Part shown: piece by piece, positions 12,539 through 59,871 of the stretch | Layout: each line of letters begins with the position of its first letter | How positions within the stretch are numbered: position 1 is the first letter of the stretch | Source of the DNA: Eledone cirrhosa | Lineage: Eukaryota | Direction of reading: 5' to 3' | Assembly (NCBI GenBank): GCA_964016885.1 | Contig: OZ024751.1 | Location: 35,340,001-35,404,000 of the forward strand | DNA: 64,000 bases | The notes under the pieces: model-generated | What the model was told of the DNA's origin: nothing | The model's database searches: none | What the model saw: only the letters and a program-made list of their open reading frames with translations | Translations under genes and position numbers: made by a program

Positions 12539-12603
12539 TATTTCATTATACATATTTCAAGGACACCAAGTCAAATTATGGTGCGCTTTCATCAGATAAA
12601 ATA
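12539..12603 (-). ncRNA. Type I minimal hammerhead ribozyme, family C (within PLE remnant 12496-12700)
   Basis: The reverse complement gives TATTTTAT-CTGATGA-AAGCGCACCA..TGGTGTCCTT-GAAA-TATGTATA-ATGAAATA. Confidence 0.7.
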
Positions 12604-12736
12604 TAATATAGATCAGTTTTATAAATAAATATTGACATACCCTTAAAGAATGCGACCATTTCTGTTGGAAGCTCCCGGATAGTGGGGTTATTAAATTTAT
12701 TTAGTCTATTATGCAAATTATATATATATATATACT

Positions 12737-12784
<48 letters not shown>

Positions 12785-12919
12785 AGTGTCAGGACCCCGA
12801 CGGCTGAGCTCCGACCGTTTCGATTCTACTACCTTAAGTATCGAGTATTCTGGTGCGTTATGGTCCAGCTGGTATTTTACCACACCTTCTTCTTTTATAT
12901 ATATATATATATATATATA

Positions 12920-14220
12920 CCCATATGTGGTTGACAACTGAGAGAAAGGAGTACTCAATACCAAAGTTGTGTTTTAATATCTATATTAAGGCTAAAAGGT
13001 GAGTCATGTTACTCTGGAGTTCCGCCTGTTTATCACAGGGTCATTGGAACTTTTTGCGGCAAGCCAACACACACGCAACATTACCACGATGACAAGAACT
13101 TTGCTGTCGGCAACACAGTTACCCTAAACTGTCAGGTATGAAATCAGTGACCCTCTTTATCACAGCATCCAGGATGGGGGAGGGAGCAAAATAGTCATTG
13201 ACAGTGGCGTCCCAGATGAGACATCTAACTCATACCCAGGGATTAAGGTTAAGGCCATCTGGTCTTTTCCCATCAATGCTGGATAATCCAGCTGTTTCCA
13301 GTACTGAGGGGATATTTACTCAAGCTAGGGCTCACTTAAAGACCAGGTTTAGCTCAATGTGATGAGAGAAGTGACCAGCATTCATGGGGCAAGACAAACC
13401 ATGAAGGCCTGTAGAATTAAGGGGCTTACCACAGCATCATCCCCCACAGACATTAGCTCCTACTTTAATGCAGAGCTCATCCAGACTGAGTAGACCACTA
13501 ATGTTGGCCACACACAGGTAGGGCATCAACCCAGTCCCCCGAGGATTTTGTGCTTGTAGAAAGTAGGGGACACCTTGAAAATTGATCAGATTGATCGAAG
13601 AGAGTTGAAGGTATCTCTCGAATGCAGATTGTCCCATAGTTTCTGCTTCAGTCTATCCTCCTTTGTATCGAGAACTGAGAAACCTAGCTTTCTCCACTGC
13701 TGTAGAGCTTCATACCTCTCCCTGTTGAAACTAGTCCATGTTGGAATGGAGCGGATGTTACCCACAATAGGAAAGCATGAGTGGATGGAGGAGAGAAAAC
13801 AAGAAAGAGAGATGAGCATTTACAGAGAGCTAAACCATTTGGGCAAAGTAGCCTGGTCGTGAGACTCTGGAGAGAGCCTGACATTGGCCAAGCATTCAAG
13901 TTTACAGAAGATTAGGCCACCAAAGTGTTGAAGAGAAGATGAGAATCTATAAGAGGGACTAACTCTGAGAAAATACAACTTAGAAATTGACAACTAATTC
14001 CTCAGTACAAAAAAAAAACCTTTGTGGGGCTCAAATGGGTTAGCCAACTTGGATGGAAAGCTTGAACAATAACTGGGGCTTCAAAAGAGCATCACGAAGA
14101 TGAGTAAGGAACCGTGATAGAGGGGAAGGGCTCTGTGGAATGGTCTGCTGATGTGAAGCTGGGTGGTTGAGGAGTTAGAGCTTGTATTTAGAACTATTGG
14201 CATGGAGGCCCCTATGACTA
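12920..14220 (-). mobile_element. Possible degraded LTR-retrotransposon (gag/protease-like) remnant
   Basis: GC-richer broken ORFs, with ISPQYWKQLDYPAL resembling Gypsy protease segments. GTGTGTTGGCTTGCC..AAAAAGTT is shared with 15868-15890. Confidence 0.3.
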
Positions 14221-15949
14221 AGTTTCTCAGTCGTTCTCACATATTAACATATGTTCACAAAACACACACATATTCCAACAGAAACGCCACACATATGAAC
14301 ACAGATATTCTTAACATTGGATAACAAAAGAAATAAGTGATACATGTTGAACTTTAGAGAAGCTTTACATATATGTACAGATTGTATTTGTAAACTACAT
14401 TTTAACTAGTCAACCTTTTGCTTGACAATCCCTATGTTTGCTAATAACTTAGTAAAGTGCAGTGATGATAATTATTAATATTCTGTCTGTCTCATTATAT
14501 ATTAATCTTAAAATGTCACTATCACTTTAATGGGACCCTGAGATAGGATTATCTCAACTTGTAGCCATTGTTCAGTAATGGTCATAGAAATTAAATATAA
14601 ATAATTAATACTTATAGGCCTTGTTCAACGAGGTCAGATTTTGGTCTAAACTACAACAACGACAACAATAACAAATAATGTATTATTTATTGTTGTTTTT
14701 AAATGGTTTAAATCTAAAACTAAAACATTGTTAATAAAAAGTAAAATGTAAAAAAAGTATAATAAAAATGATCATATGAAAACAGAGGAAAACAAAAACA
14801 ATGTGGAGGTAAATGTTTGAACATGATTTGTCTCCCTTTGAGGTAAAATGGTTGATTTAAGTTCCATTTATTAAACCAAGCAACGTGGTAGCCACATTAA
14901 CTGTAATTATATCAAGTAAGTTCACTTCAATACTATAACAAACAACCCTATTTCTTGGACGTTTTAATATAGAAACACTCCGTCTTGCTTTCAGAACAAC
15001 TAATTTGTTGTAAACAATCCTTTAACAGTCTTTATTTAATACTATTTAGCATGTTGTAACGAACGTAGTAGTATTTTAGTGTAGGAGTTAAACACTCACA
15101 GATCAGATTTGACGACTCGGTTTCGATTCCCGATTGTTGTTTATTTTTATAATTGACTATATTTATATGTAAATTTTTATTAAACGACATAAATACCCCA
15201 CAAATACACTCAATTATCTTCCTTTTTTTTATAAATCTGAAACATTTGGATATATTTTTTTCTTCATGAAAATTACATTTATTTATTTTCATCTATTAAC
15301 AACTTCCGCTCTCGTGTCTTCTGTAGTTGCTGACTGTCGGAATTCTCTTCTCTTTTGCATTGTTTTTATTAATTAGCATTTATTATTATTCAACATCCAC
15401 TCGACAATGTTTAGTTATAACAATAAACGATAGTTTTCTGAATAAAAATTCACTGTCGAAAAATTTTTTGTTTTTTTTTGTTAAATCCGTCTCTCGCAGT
15501 GATTGAATGTTATAATTATTTCCCTTCCACGAGGTAATTGTCTCCCTTTGACGTTTTTATATTTTGTATATCTTCTAACACGTGCTACAATATTTATCAC
15601 GTAAACTTTGTCACAAATCATTCTATATAAAATAACGGAATTGCAAAGAACTGCAATGGATGAAGGACAGACTGATCAATACAATGTACTCTTGATTTTA
15701 TTAATAACTGTGGCGTTCAAGACGTTTAGGGGAGTTAGGTCGCTAACAACAAAATCCTTATCATTATTGGCGGATCGCTTTACCGAAGTATCAGGTGCTG
15801 ACCCTGCTGAGGGGGTACTTTGTTATTCCAGTGCCTTACCCTCGCCATTATCTACGGCATGCTGCGAGTGTGTTGGCTTGCCTAAAAAGTTATTAGCAGG
15901 GAAACCCCGGCGTCCCTTGTGACGTGTGCAGGTCTTCTCACCCCCTTTA

Positions 15950-17210
15950 TAATAATAATAATAATAATAATGAAAATATTGTGTACAGTGCTCAGGTGCA
16001 CTACAACTCATCAAAAGTGTATGTATAGTACATAGGGTAATGTACAAACGTTAGGAAAATGAACAGTGCATGAGTCATGATATACACGTGTGCGTGTGTA
16101 TGGAAGGACGACATAAGGTGTAGTTTTGACGAATTTCGGGAAGCATGAGGGTTTTAAAGGATGCAGTGTCTCGGCAGCTAACAACTGACGCAGGCAGTTT
16201 GTTCCATGCTTCAGCAACTCTAAGCGTGAAAATATATATAATAATGATAATATTGAAATTATTGTGTACAGTGTTCAGGTGCACTACAACTCATCAAAGG
16301 TGCATGTATAGTACATAGAATAATAATAATAATAATAATAATGAAATTATTGTGTAAAGTGCTCAGGTGCACTACAACTCGTCAATATAGTACATAGAAT
16401 AATACACAAATGCCAGGGAAGTACATGTTTGTATGTGTTAGCTGTAGTGTTGGCGGATCTCGGGAAGCATGGAGGCCTTAAAGGATGCAGCGTCTCGACA
16501 GCTAACAACTGATGCAGGTAGTTTGTTCCATGCTTCAGCAACTCTGAGCGTGAAAAAATGTTTCCGAAAGTCATGGGAACTGTGCTGTTTTCTTACTTTG
16601 TGGGCATGTCCACGTGTGTTAGACACATGGAAATCGAAAAGGCACTCAGGGTTGTTGTTGGCAACATGGTTAACAATTTTGTGGGTGTTTACCAAGTCAG
16701 TTGCCAGGCGTCGGAGCTTCAATGAATCCATGCCCAGGGAAGCAAGGCGATCAGAGTATGGTAGATGCCTGATGGAGGGTATTCGCTTGGTTGCACGTCT
16801 CTGAACAGTTTCCAGGCGGTCAATGTCCTGAGCAAGATAGGGGTTCCAGACTGGTGATGCAAATTCTAAGTGTGGTCGCACCATAGCTGTATACAGCCTT
16901 AAATAGATATCTGGAGAGCGGCTGACAAAGGTCTTGCTGAGTGATGCTAAGACACCCTCGGCCCTCTTGACAATTTTAGAGACGTGGTCAGGAAAATTAA
17001 CAGTGTACGAATCATGAAATACGTGTGTGTGGGGCAGGGATATCAGGTGTAGTGTTGGCGAATCTCAGGAAGCATGGAGGTTTTTAAGGATGCAGTGTCT
17101 CGACAGCTAATAACTGATGCAGGTAGTTTGTTTCATGCTTCAGCAATTCTGAGCGTGAAAAATTGTTTCCAAAAGTCATTGGAGCTGTGCTGTTTTCTGA
17201 CTTTGTAGGC
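15950..17210 (-). mobile_element. Cluster of CR1 LINE 3' fragments (15950-16230, 16240-16990, 16995-17210)
   Basis: ORF 16884-16438 VRPHLEFASPVWNPY..LETVQRRATKRI..WNKLP is a CR1 RT C-terminus; 3' UTRs with (ATT)n tails are repeated. Confidence 0.88.
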
Positions 17211-17266
<56 letters not shown>

Positions 17267-17302
17267 ATTAATAAATGGAAACTATATTTATAAAACCATA
17301 TT

Positions 17303-17367
17303 TATTTCATTATATATATTTCAAGGATACCAAGTTAAATCATGGTATGCCTTCATCAGACAAAATA
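17303..17367 (-). ncRNA. Type I minimal hammerhead ribozyme, family C (within PLE remnant 17262-17460)
   Basis: TATTTTGT-CTGATGA-AGGCATACCA..TGGTATCCTT-GAAA-TATATATA-ATGAAATA. Confidence 0.72.
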
Positions 17368-17560
17368 CAATATATAACAGTTTTACAAATAGATAATTGA
17401 CGTACCCTTTCAAAAAGGTGACCGTTGTTTTTGGAGGCCATCCGGATAGTGGTTTGTTTACTTTAGTAAGTCATAGTGTTAAGAGTAAGTAAAAAGATGG
17501 AGAGAGAGACAAACGTGGAGAAAAGAAAGGGAAAGATAGATAAAGAAAAAGAAGAAAGCA

Positions 17561-17601
<41 letters not shown>

Positions 17602-18082
17602 AATAAATAAGGATGTAAAATAAAAAAACCACAATGTTTGTAGTGACCTATCAGGAGTAGGAAATTATTTGAAGTAGAGAGAATAAAAGGCAGCTAGAGA
17701 AATATATAAACAGACATCTATAGATATGAGTTATCAGTATATATATATGAGATATAAAGACAGACAGATATGTATCTATGTGCGTGTGTGTTTTTCTTGA
17801 ATGGTAGGCTTTATTTATCCAGTTTAACACTACTGTATGTATATATATCATCATCATCATCATCATTACATCTGCTGTCCACCCTCTACCCCTTACTCCT
17901 CAACTGTGATACACCTCCCCAGCAATGTAAGAGTTAAAAACTAAAATCTTCCTCAATAAAGTTATTTTCTACCAATGTTAGGTAGATGATATAACTCAGT
18001 GATCCAACTTCCATTTATAACTGATCATTATTTTTTCCCCTATTTTCTTCCCTACACTTGTCTGTGTAATTCCTACTTCAAG

Positions 18083-18504
18083 ATGGAACAGGGCAAAGGT
18101 AAAAGAGAGAATGAGGAAGGTTGTGAAGGTGATAGTGCCAAGAGACTGAAATTAGAAACCATATCTACAGAGGTGAGTATTTGAAAGATGGAAACAAATT
18201 TGAGGTTTTAAGTTTACATTTATTTATATATTACAGTAAAGTGGCTTTGGTTGAACTGAGCGTTTTGAGGCAGTATATGTATATATATATATATGTGATC
18301 GTATTTATTGGATTATATGTATTTCAGTGACACCCATGTGGAACTGTTATGCAATCATTACAACAGTAACCAGCACTAGTGTGACATCATCAGATGTTAA
18401 CAATTATGTGAGTGAATTGATATGATGCAGACAAATGTTTCCATATTTGGGAAAGTCCAATGAACATACATATATATATATGTTTGTTTACAAGAAATAA
18501 CAGT

Positions 18505-18561
<57 letters not shown>

Positions 18562-21500
18562 ATACATGGATATGAAATGATATGAAACAATGTGATATTA
18601 TCTCGTTCTTTCAGAGTGCTGCTACAGATGTAAGTTGTCCAAAGACAGAGGAACCAGTACCAACAGAAACAGTGGTTAATAATGGTGAAGACATTGTTAA
18701 ACCTAATGGTGATGTAGTGGCAGTAAACCCCATCCAGAGAAAACAACTTACTGAGAAAGATGTTGGTATTACAGAGTATATTGGACAACATAAAGGATTC
18801 CATGCCATTTTTAAACAGAGGTGAATTACCTGAATTTTATTTTGGTTTTCATTCTTTCATCATCATCATTTCATATTTCACAATACCACTGACCATTGCT
18901 CCCTACACAATACCACTGACCAGTCATTGCTCTCTACACAATATTAACTGACTAATAGTTCCAAGTAACCAGTAGTTTAGCCATTGTTCTGACCAACTGA
19001 CCAAGATCTTTTACAAAAAAAAATGAAAGAGTCCAAGAGTCCTAGCGGCTGGGAATGAGCACCCCAAACCCATATTTTAATGTCTGAGAAACAGACAAAA
19101 ATCCAAACGCCATTTGTGAAGGTGCATGGCTTAGTGGTTAGAGCATTGGGCTTGCAATTGAAAGGTTGTCAGTTCAATTCTCGGACCAAGTGATGTGTTG
19201 TTTCCTTTAACAAGACACTTTATTTCACATTGCTCCAGTTTACTCAGCTGTAGAAATGAGAAGATAGGACTGGGGGTCCCTATCATTAAATTACCCAAGA
19301 CACCTCCAGCAAGATATACCTTGGCGGAGGCCAGCTAAACCTGCATAGGTGTGAGCTGTCACACAAACTCCATTTAATCAGCACTTTATGTTTAGCTTAC
19401 TGCAAATTTTCACACTGATCTGTTCACTAGTAAAGCCATTATAAACATTTGAATTAAACCTATATTTAGATATTTTCTACTAAATTATTGCATTGCCGGA
19501 TATTAAGAGTTAAAATGTTATTTTTATATTTCCTATTTCTATTAACAGATTTTCTGATTTTATTGTCAATGAAATTGATATGAAAGGAGAAATTGTTAAG
19601 CTAACTGATATCTCCAAACCAAAAAGTCCAACTAAAGTAAATATTCCATTGATTTTGTTTCATAATTTTTGATATTTCAATGTTTTGGGGTTGTTTTATT
19701 TTAAATGGTGGCCAAATGACTGAGGATTTGGGATTATCTGTTTATGGTCTCTGTGTGTATTTAATTTAAAATAAGGACACCATAGCCCACAGTGTTGTAG
19801 GTACCGAATTGGCAGTACACTCTGTAAAGTTGTAGTGTTGGTACTATGAAAAGATACACCCAGTAAACTCTGTAAAGTTGTGCTGGTGCTATGATAAAAT
19901 GAATCCAGTATACTCTTATTTTTTTTCATCTACCAGGTCCTTGTTGATGTCAGTGACTGTATTTCAGCTGAAAATATTCAGAAGTTGAACGAAATCTCAA
20001 CAAAACGGGATAAAAATTCTTCAGTTATTCTTGAGGTAAATTTCGGTTCTGTATGTAATATAAATGTGTGTGTGTGTGTATATAGGTGTGTGTGTATATA
20101 TAGGTGTGTGCATGTTTGTATATACATGTGTATATAGGTGTGTGCATGTTTGTATATACATATGTATATAGGTGTGTGTTTTATGTGTGTGTGTGTGTAA
20201 ATGACTGATGGTTTATTTTCGGTTTTATTTTAACTTTTGCCTGAAAAACAGGAATTAGCTAAAGCATTACATTGTTAGATAGCATCTCTTCTCTATAGAT
20301 GTCCAGTTGTATCTATAATTGATGGCTAGTGATAATAGTAGTGGGAGCACTACCATCACTCTCTGGTCAGATGTCCAGTTGTATCTATAATTGATGGCTA
20401 GTGATAACAGTAGTGGGAGCACTACCATCACTCTCTGGTCAGATGTCCAGTTGTATCTATAATTGATGGCTAGTGATAACAGTAGTGGGAGCACTATCAT
20501 CACTCTCTGGTCAGATGTCCAGTTGTATCTATAATTGATGGCTAGTGATAACAGTAGTGGGAGCACTACCATCACTCTCTGGTCAGATGTCCAGTTGTAT
20601 CTATTTATCTATAATTGTAGGCTGGAGATGACAAAGCAGAGCGAACCAAGATCCACCAAGCAGTCCGTGATGGTTTTGTTGGTTTAGAAAGTACCACAGA
20701 AGTACTTCATAATAAGAAAGTCATCAAAGTGGTTCTACAGACCTCAAAAGGTAAACCTATATGTCTTTAATATATTACATACCTCTCTATCTTTATTGTA
20801 TTTTACTCTTTTACCTGTTCCAGACATATCTATATGAATTTAAGAATATTATAATATAACTAGTGACCTCATGTCATCTTTAATAACAGCAGTAGCATAG
20901 AATGTATTACTATGGTAACAGTGTTAAGTGTATTACTATAGTAACAGTGTTAAATCAGTATTACTATAACAACAGTGTTAAGACAGTATTACTATGGTAA
21001 CAACAGTGTTAAATCAGTGTGTTATGTTCTGTCTTTTCAGGTCGCAATGATCGTGGTACATGGCCTCAAAAGAGGGGCAACTATTGTAAGTTTGTGTTGT
21101 ACAAGGAGAACAAAGACACTATGGATGCCATCAACTTTATTGCTAACAAACTCAGGTAAATCATCATCATAGGTAACATTGGTGGTGTTGGTAGAGGTAG
21201 TAGTAATTGTAATAGTTTTCAAAACATGTTATACTGTCCTAACACACACATTTTATCACCAAAGTACCACCAGGCAGACAATCCATCATTCCTATATAAT
21301 CAGCCACACTAACACACACTTTATCACCAGAGTACAGCCAGCCAGACAACAATCCATCATTCTTATATAATCAGCCACACTAACACACACTTTATCACTA
21401 GAGTACAGCCAGCCAGACAACAATCCATCATTCTTATATAATCAGCCACACTAACACACACTTTATCACTAGAGTACAGCCAGCCAGACAACAATCCATC

Positions 21501-24500
21501 ATTCTTATATAATCAGCCACACTAACACACACTTTATCACCAGAGTACAGCCAGCCAGACAACAATCTATCATTACTATATAATCAGCCACAATAACATA
21601 CACACACACACACTTTATCACCAGAGTACAGCCAGCCAGATAACAATCCATCATTCCTATATAATCAAACAGTCTATTTAAATATCTCAATATTGAATAT
21701 GTTATTTTCAGAATCAAACCTGGCCAGTTTCAATATTCTGGAACCAAAGACAGACGGGCTAAAACGTCACAACTCATCACTGTTTTCAGGTAACAAATTC
21801 ATTCTTAACCCTTTCATTACCATATTTCTAATGAAAGACACTGCCTATGATTTTCAAATCCTTTTAGAAATAATCAAGAATTTGGAGAGATTTCGTAATA
21901 TAAATTTCTTATTAATTATCTGTTTTGTGGTTAGATTATAATTAGTCTATATTTCAATCTTGCTTTTTTTTCAGAATTACGGGAGAACGTTTATTTGAAT
22001 TAAATAAAGCTTTGAAAAATATATGTCTTGGTAACTTTAGGTAAGTTACTCTTGTTATAATTATATTAAACATATCAATGGATTGGCAGAGTCATTAGAA
22101 CCTCAGAACAAATGTTACACAGTATTTTATCTGAGTCTTTACATTCTGGGTTCTAATTCTGCCATGGTCAACTTTGTCTTTTATCCTTCTGGGGTTTATA
22201 AAATGAAATACCAGTAACATACTAGGGTTGATATAATCAACTTGTCTCTCTTCTTCAAATTGTAGAGAGAATTATTTATATTGGATACTGATTACAAATC
22301 AATGTCATTGATATGTATCAATTATTATTTCAGTTATGTTGATGTTATATTGGAGATTGATAATAGATCAATGTGATTGATTTTTATCAATTATTATTTC
22401 AGCTATGTTGATGAATGTCTCAAGCTTGGCCAACTTTTGGGGAACAGATTCATCATTGTCCTCAGGTAACCCACCTTTTATTTAACCCCTATTGTTTCAT
22501 TACCTGTATGTTAGGGTAGCTAGTCTTACTAATATTACTAGCTACTTCTGTCTTGATGGTATTCCACCATACATTGTCTTTGGTACTGAGTGCATTTTAT
22601 CAAGGCACAAGCACTAGAGAAGTTGACATGTCCTCGACAAGATTAAACCATTTTCGAGAATGAGAATTGGGGATAAATACCTTCTATCGAAACATTACAA
22701 ATCTTTTTTGTTTGTTGTTTTTCAGGAATGTCACAGGGAGTGACCCAGAAGTTGAACAAGCATTGGAATGTCTGAAAGAGAAGGGTTTTATTAATTACTA
22801 TGGAATGCAAAGGTTTGGCACCACATCCATCCCAACATACCACATTGGTCGGTCAGTAAAATACCTCTTTTAACCCTTTCGTTACAATATTTTTTATGAA
22901 AGGCCCTGCAGTGATGATGATGATGATAATTTTTGTTGTTGTTGTTTACAGAGCTTTGCTACACAGTAACTGGAAGGAGGCTGTTGAACTCATTCTAAAA
23001 CCACGTGATGGAGGTATGTAACTAAAGCTACTGAATGTTGGAGTAGAAATCCTAGATGTTGTTATTGTAGTAATAGTTACCACTGTGGTTATATTTATTT
23101 ATTGGTCAACCAACCAACCAGTTAAATCCTGAGGTCTATAAATATGTTTACATTTTGGTAACTCTATTCCCAGAAAATGATGACATAACTGAAGCAAGGA
23201 AGATATGGTGGGAGACTCGCAATGCCAAAGAATCCCTTTCCAAGGTACCAAAATGTCACGGTCTAGAGAGACTTCTTCTGGAGGGTTTGTCAACTCAAGG
23301 AGGAAACAACTATGCAAACGCTTTACTATTTGTAAGTTGACTGTTTTCATCATCATCATTACTACCATCGTCGTCACCACCACCACCATCATCATTACTA
23401 TTTTATATCTATGCCACCTATGCTGGCATGAGTTATATGGGTCATCACGATATTCTACAGATCAAATGACCACGTCTCTCTCATATGTTCCATTTTTTAC
23501 ATGATGTCTAAGGCCAGCTGCCCTTCCTAATGTCAACCACTTTACAATGAGTTCTGTGTATTGTCTACTTATGCTAGAAACCAATTTCTCCTAATTTTAG
23601 ATTCCTCGCAACACTCGGTTGATGTATGTCCACAGTTACCAGAGTTATGTCTGGAATACAATGGTCTCTCAAAGAATTAAACAGTTTGGTCTGGTGCCAG
23701 TCATTGGTGATTTAGTTTACGATAAGACAGATGTGCCTGGTAAGTTTTTCTCTGTCTATTATGTTTTCTTTTGTTACTTTAACTCTTAACACGCTGTTCC
23801 ACATGAAGCTGCATTAGCAAAGACATTCTTAACTGTTATATACATAACTGTAAAGTCTATGAAAAGAATTGACACTATAAATATTTGACAACAGCTACTT
23901 TAGTTTCTTAACGTCTTCTTCAACATGAAGTCGCATTAGCAAAGACTTTAATTAATTCTACTAATCTAATTACTGTCCTTCAGCTGTAAACACAGATGCA
24001 TGCAAGGAAGTACCCCACACTATTACTGCTGAGAACATCACAAAGTATTCCATACACAACATTGTCATGCCCTTACCTGGTTTTGATATCTTGTACCCTG
24101 ACAACGAAGGTCTGTATTATCTATTTACTTATTTATTTGTTTTTGTGCCAGCTAAATAAACTGGAGCAATGTGAAATAAAGTGTCCCACTCTGGTGAAAA
24201 TCAGTAGAATAAACACCATACTTAAAAATAAGGGTTGGCTTTAGAAATACTGCCTCAAAGAGGTCATGTCTGACGCATGCCAGCATGGAAAACCCATGTT
24301 TATTATGATCATTTAACCTATATGGGTTGACATTCAGAGGCTAGATTGATCAAGGGACCACTTCTTGGTCCTACGCTTCATTTTAGGAGTTGGTTTCTGG
24401 ATGTTAAACGGATGATGATGATAATTATATCTTTTTATTTCTTTTTGTAGCCAAAAGTTGGTACAGAGAAATCTTAAAAAAAGATGGTCTAGATATTGAA

Positions 24501-25395
24501 AACATGCGACATTCAAACAAGTAAGTTGTCTCTTGGAATTATTATTGTTGTTGTCTGACCCCAGATCAGATCTAAGATATTCCACTTATGACCATCCTGT
24601 ATTATTTTTCTATAATGTTGGATCCTTAGTTTCAGATTAAATGATAAAAAAAGCTTCTTTTTTCTTTTGTTTTCCAGAGATTATTCCTTGCCTGGTGCCT
24701 ACCGAAAAATGGTGATCAAGTCCACAGATGTATCATGGAAACTCTATCGGTATAATGACATGAAGATCCCTCTCTCCTGCAGTGATTATGAATTGTTAAA
24801 CGGCCATAAGGAAGCTGAGTCAGTTGAAGGTAATACCTTACAGTATCATCATCGAGATCAATAAAGCACCAGCTGTCACATTCTCGATGTTTCACTGGAT
24901 CAAGGGAGTTATCAGGGTGCGTGGACACCTAAAACCTTTAGCGAAAGTATGATACATAATAGCAAATAATACTCAATTGCAAGTGGCAACTGTAGTTATA
25001 TATATATATAAATGAACTACAGTACATGTATGTTGATCCCAGATTGGGTCAGCAGCAACCATAGTAAATAAGGTACTCAATACATGTGTAGAGTGACAAC
25101 AGAGGTTTATATATTCCCCACCCCAGGAGATGTCTTAAATCACTCACTAAAACATTGTCTTATGGGCTTTTTTTTTCTTTTTGTTTTCTCTCTTTATTCT
25201 TCAAACTGCTGTTCCTACCATGACCACCACCAAGTAGAAGGTAATCTGAAAGCCATCAAGCTGTGTATCACTCTACCACCATCTTGTTATGCTACAATGG
25301 CCATCAGAGAAGTTATAAAAACTGATACATCTTCAGCGTACCAAGCAAAACTCTCAGAAGAATGTGCAGAGTCTGAGGATAAACAGAACACTTGA
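18083..25395 (+). CDS. PUS7: Pseudouridylate synthase 7 (TruD family), ~641 aa, 17 coding exons
   Basis: Exons 18083-18172, 18615-18820, 19549-19636, 19937-20035, 20621-20750, 21041-21155, 21712-21789, 21975-22040, 22403-22465, 22726-22851, 22952-23013, 23174-23331, 23601-23739, 23984-24109, 24451-24520, 24678-24829, ~25238-25395. All are GT-AG and phase-consistent. Motifs: [23 protein letters not shown], catalytic [52 protein letters not shown]. Confidence 0.96.
20297..20605. repeat. 72-bp minisatellite, ~4.3 copies
   Basis: AGATGTCCAGTTGTATCTA recurs every 72 bp. Confidence 0.95.
21240..21665. repeat. 71-bp minisatellite, ~6 copies
   Basis: TAACACACACTTTATCAC at 21310, 21381, 21452 and onward. 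Confidence 0.93.
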
Positions 25396-25632
25396 GAAAC
25401 TTCAACACTTCAAATCGATAGTTCTACTATCTCTCATTCTCACAACTGATAGTAATCATAATAATAAACATTGTTTGTTTTATAATGTGTTTTTTTTTTT
25501 TTTTAATCTTAATGTTTGTTGTTCTTGTAAAACATTATTTGTGGTCTTATCAAGTGTCGATGTTCTCTTACACATACACACATATATAATTAAACAAGGA
25601 TTACATGACCAAATTTACGTATATAACATTTT

Positions 25633-25638
25633 AATAAA
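25633..25638 (+). terminator. Candidate PUS7 polyadenylation signal AATAAA
   Basis: AATAAA 238 nt after the stop; others at 25462 and 25669. Confidence 0.4.
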
Positions 25639-25676
25639 ATAATTACAAAATAACCATCTGTGCCTGGAAATAAATC

Positions 25677-59226
<33,550 letters not shown>

Positions 59227-59871
59227 CTGCAAACAACAGCAATAAAACCGATATGTAAAATAAAGAAAGGAATGAATGCCTCAAAAAAGGTTCATTTGAG
59301 AAAATATATTATTATATTTTAGTTTCATGGGGCTAACCTTCCACTCACTAGCCATGGAGGGCATGGAAAGATCCATGGATGGATCTATTCTTCTCCCACC
59401 ACAAGTTACAGACACTCTGGAGAGTCATGTGGGCAGGTGGGGGTCACCCCATCCCACCCCCACCGGCCAGTAGCAGGGGCTCTGGAAAGGGTCGTTTAGG
59501 AGGAAGGCTACACCCTTCCTTCCACTAGTCACAGATGCTCTGGAAAGTACCAGGGTGAAGCCATTTAAAAACTAAATCCAATATCTACTTCGAAGTCCCA
59601 GTTGGTACATCTTTGTTTCAGTTTTGTTACAAACAATTTTAGCAGAGTTTTTTTTTAATTTCATTTTTTAATGTCACCCTGTTTAATCTGCTCATTATAG
59701 CCAATAGAATTAATTAATAATCTGTTAATCAATAATCTAATTAGAAACATCCAAACAATATAACACTGAACACACGTTTTACAGTATATTTTATTGATCT
59801 ATATGAAGTATATAGATTTAGCAGAACTTATGATTGTTATGGGTTCAGACACGGTTTAATATCCTGTAAAC

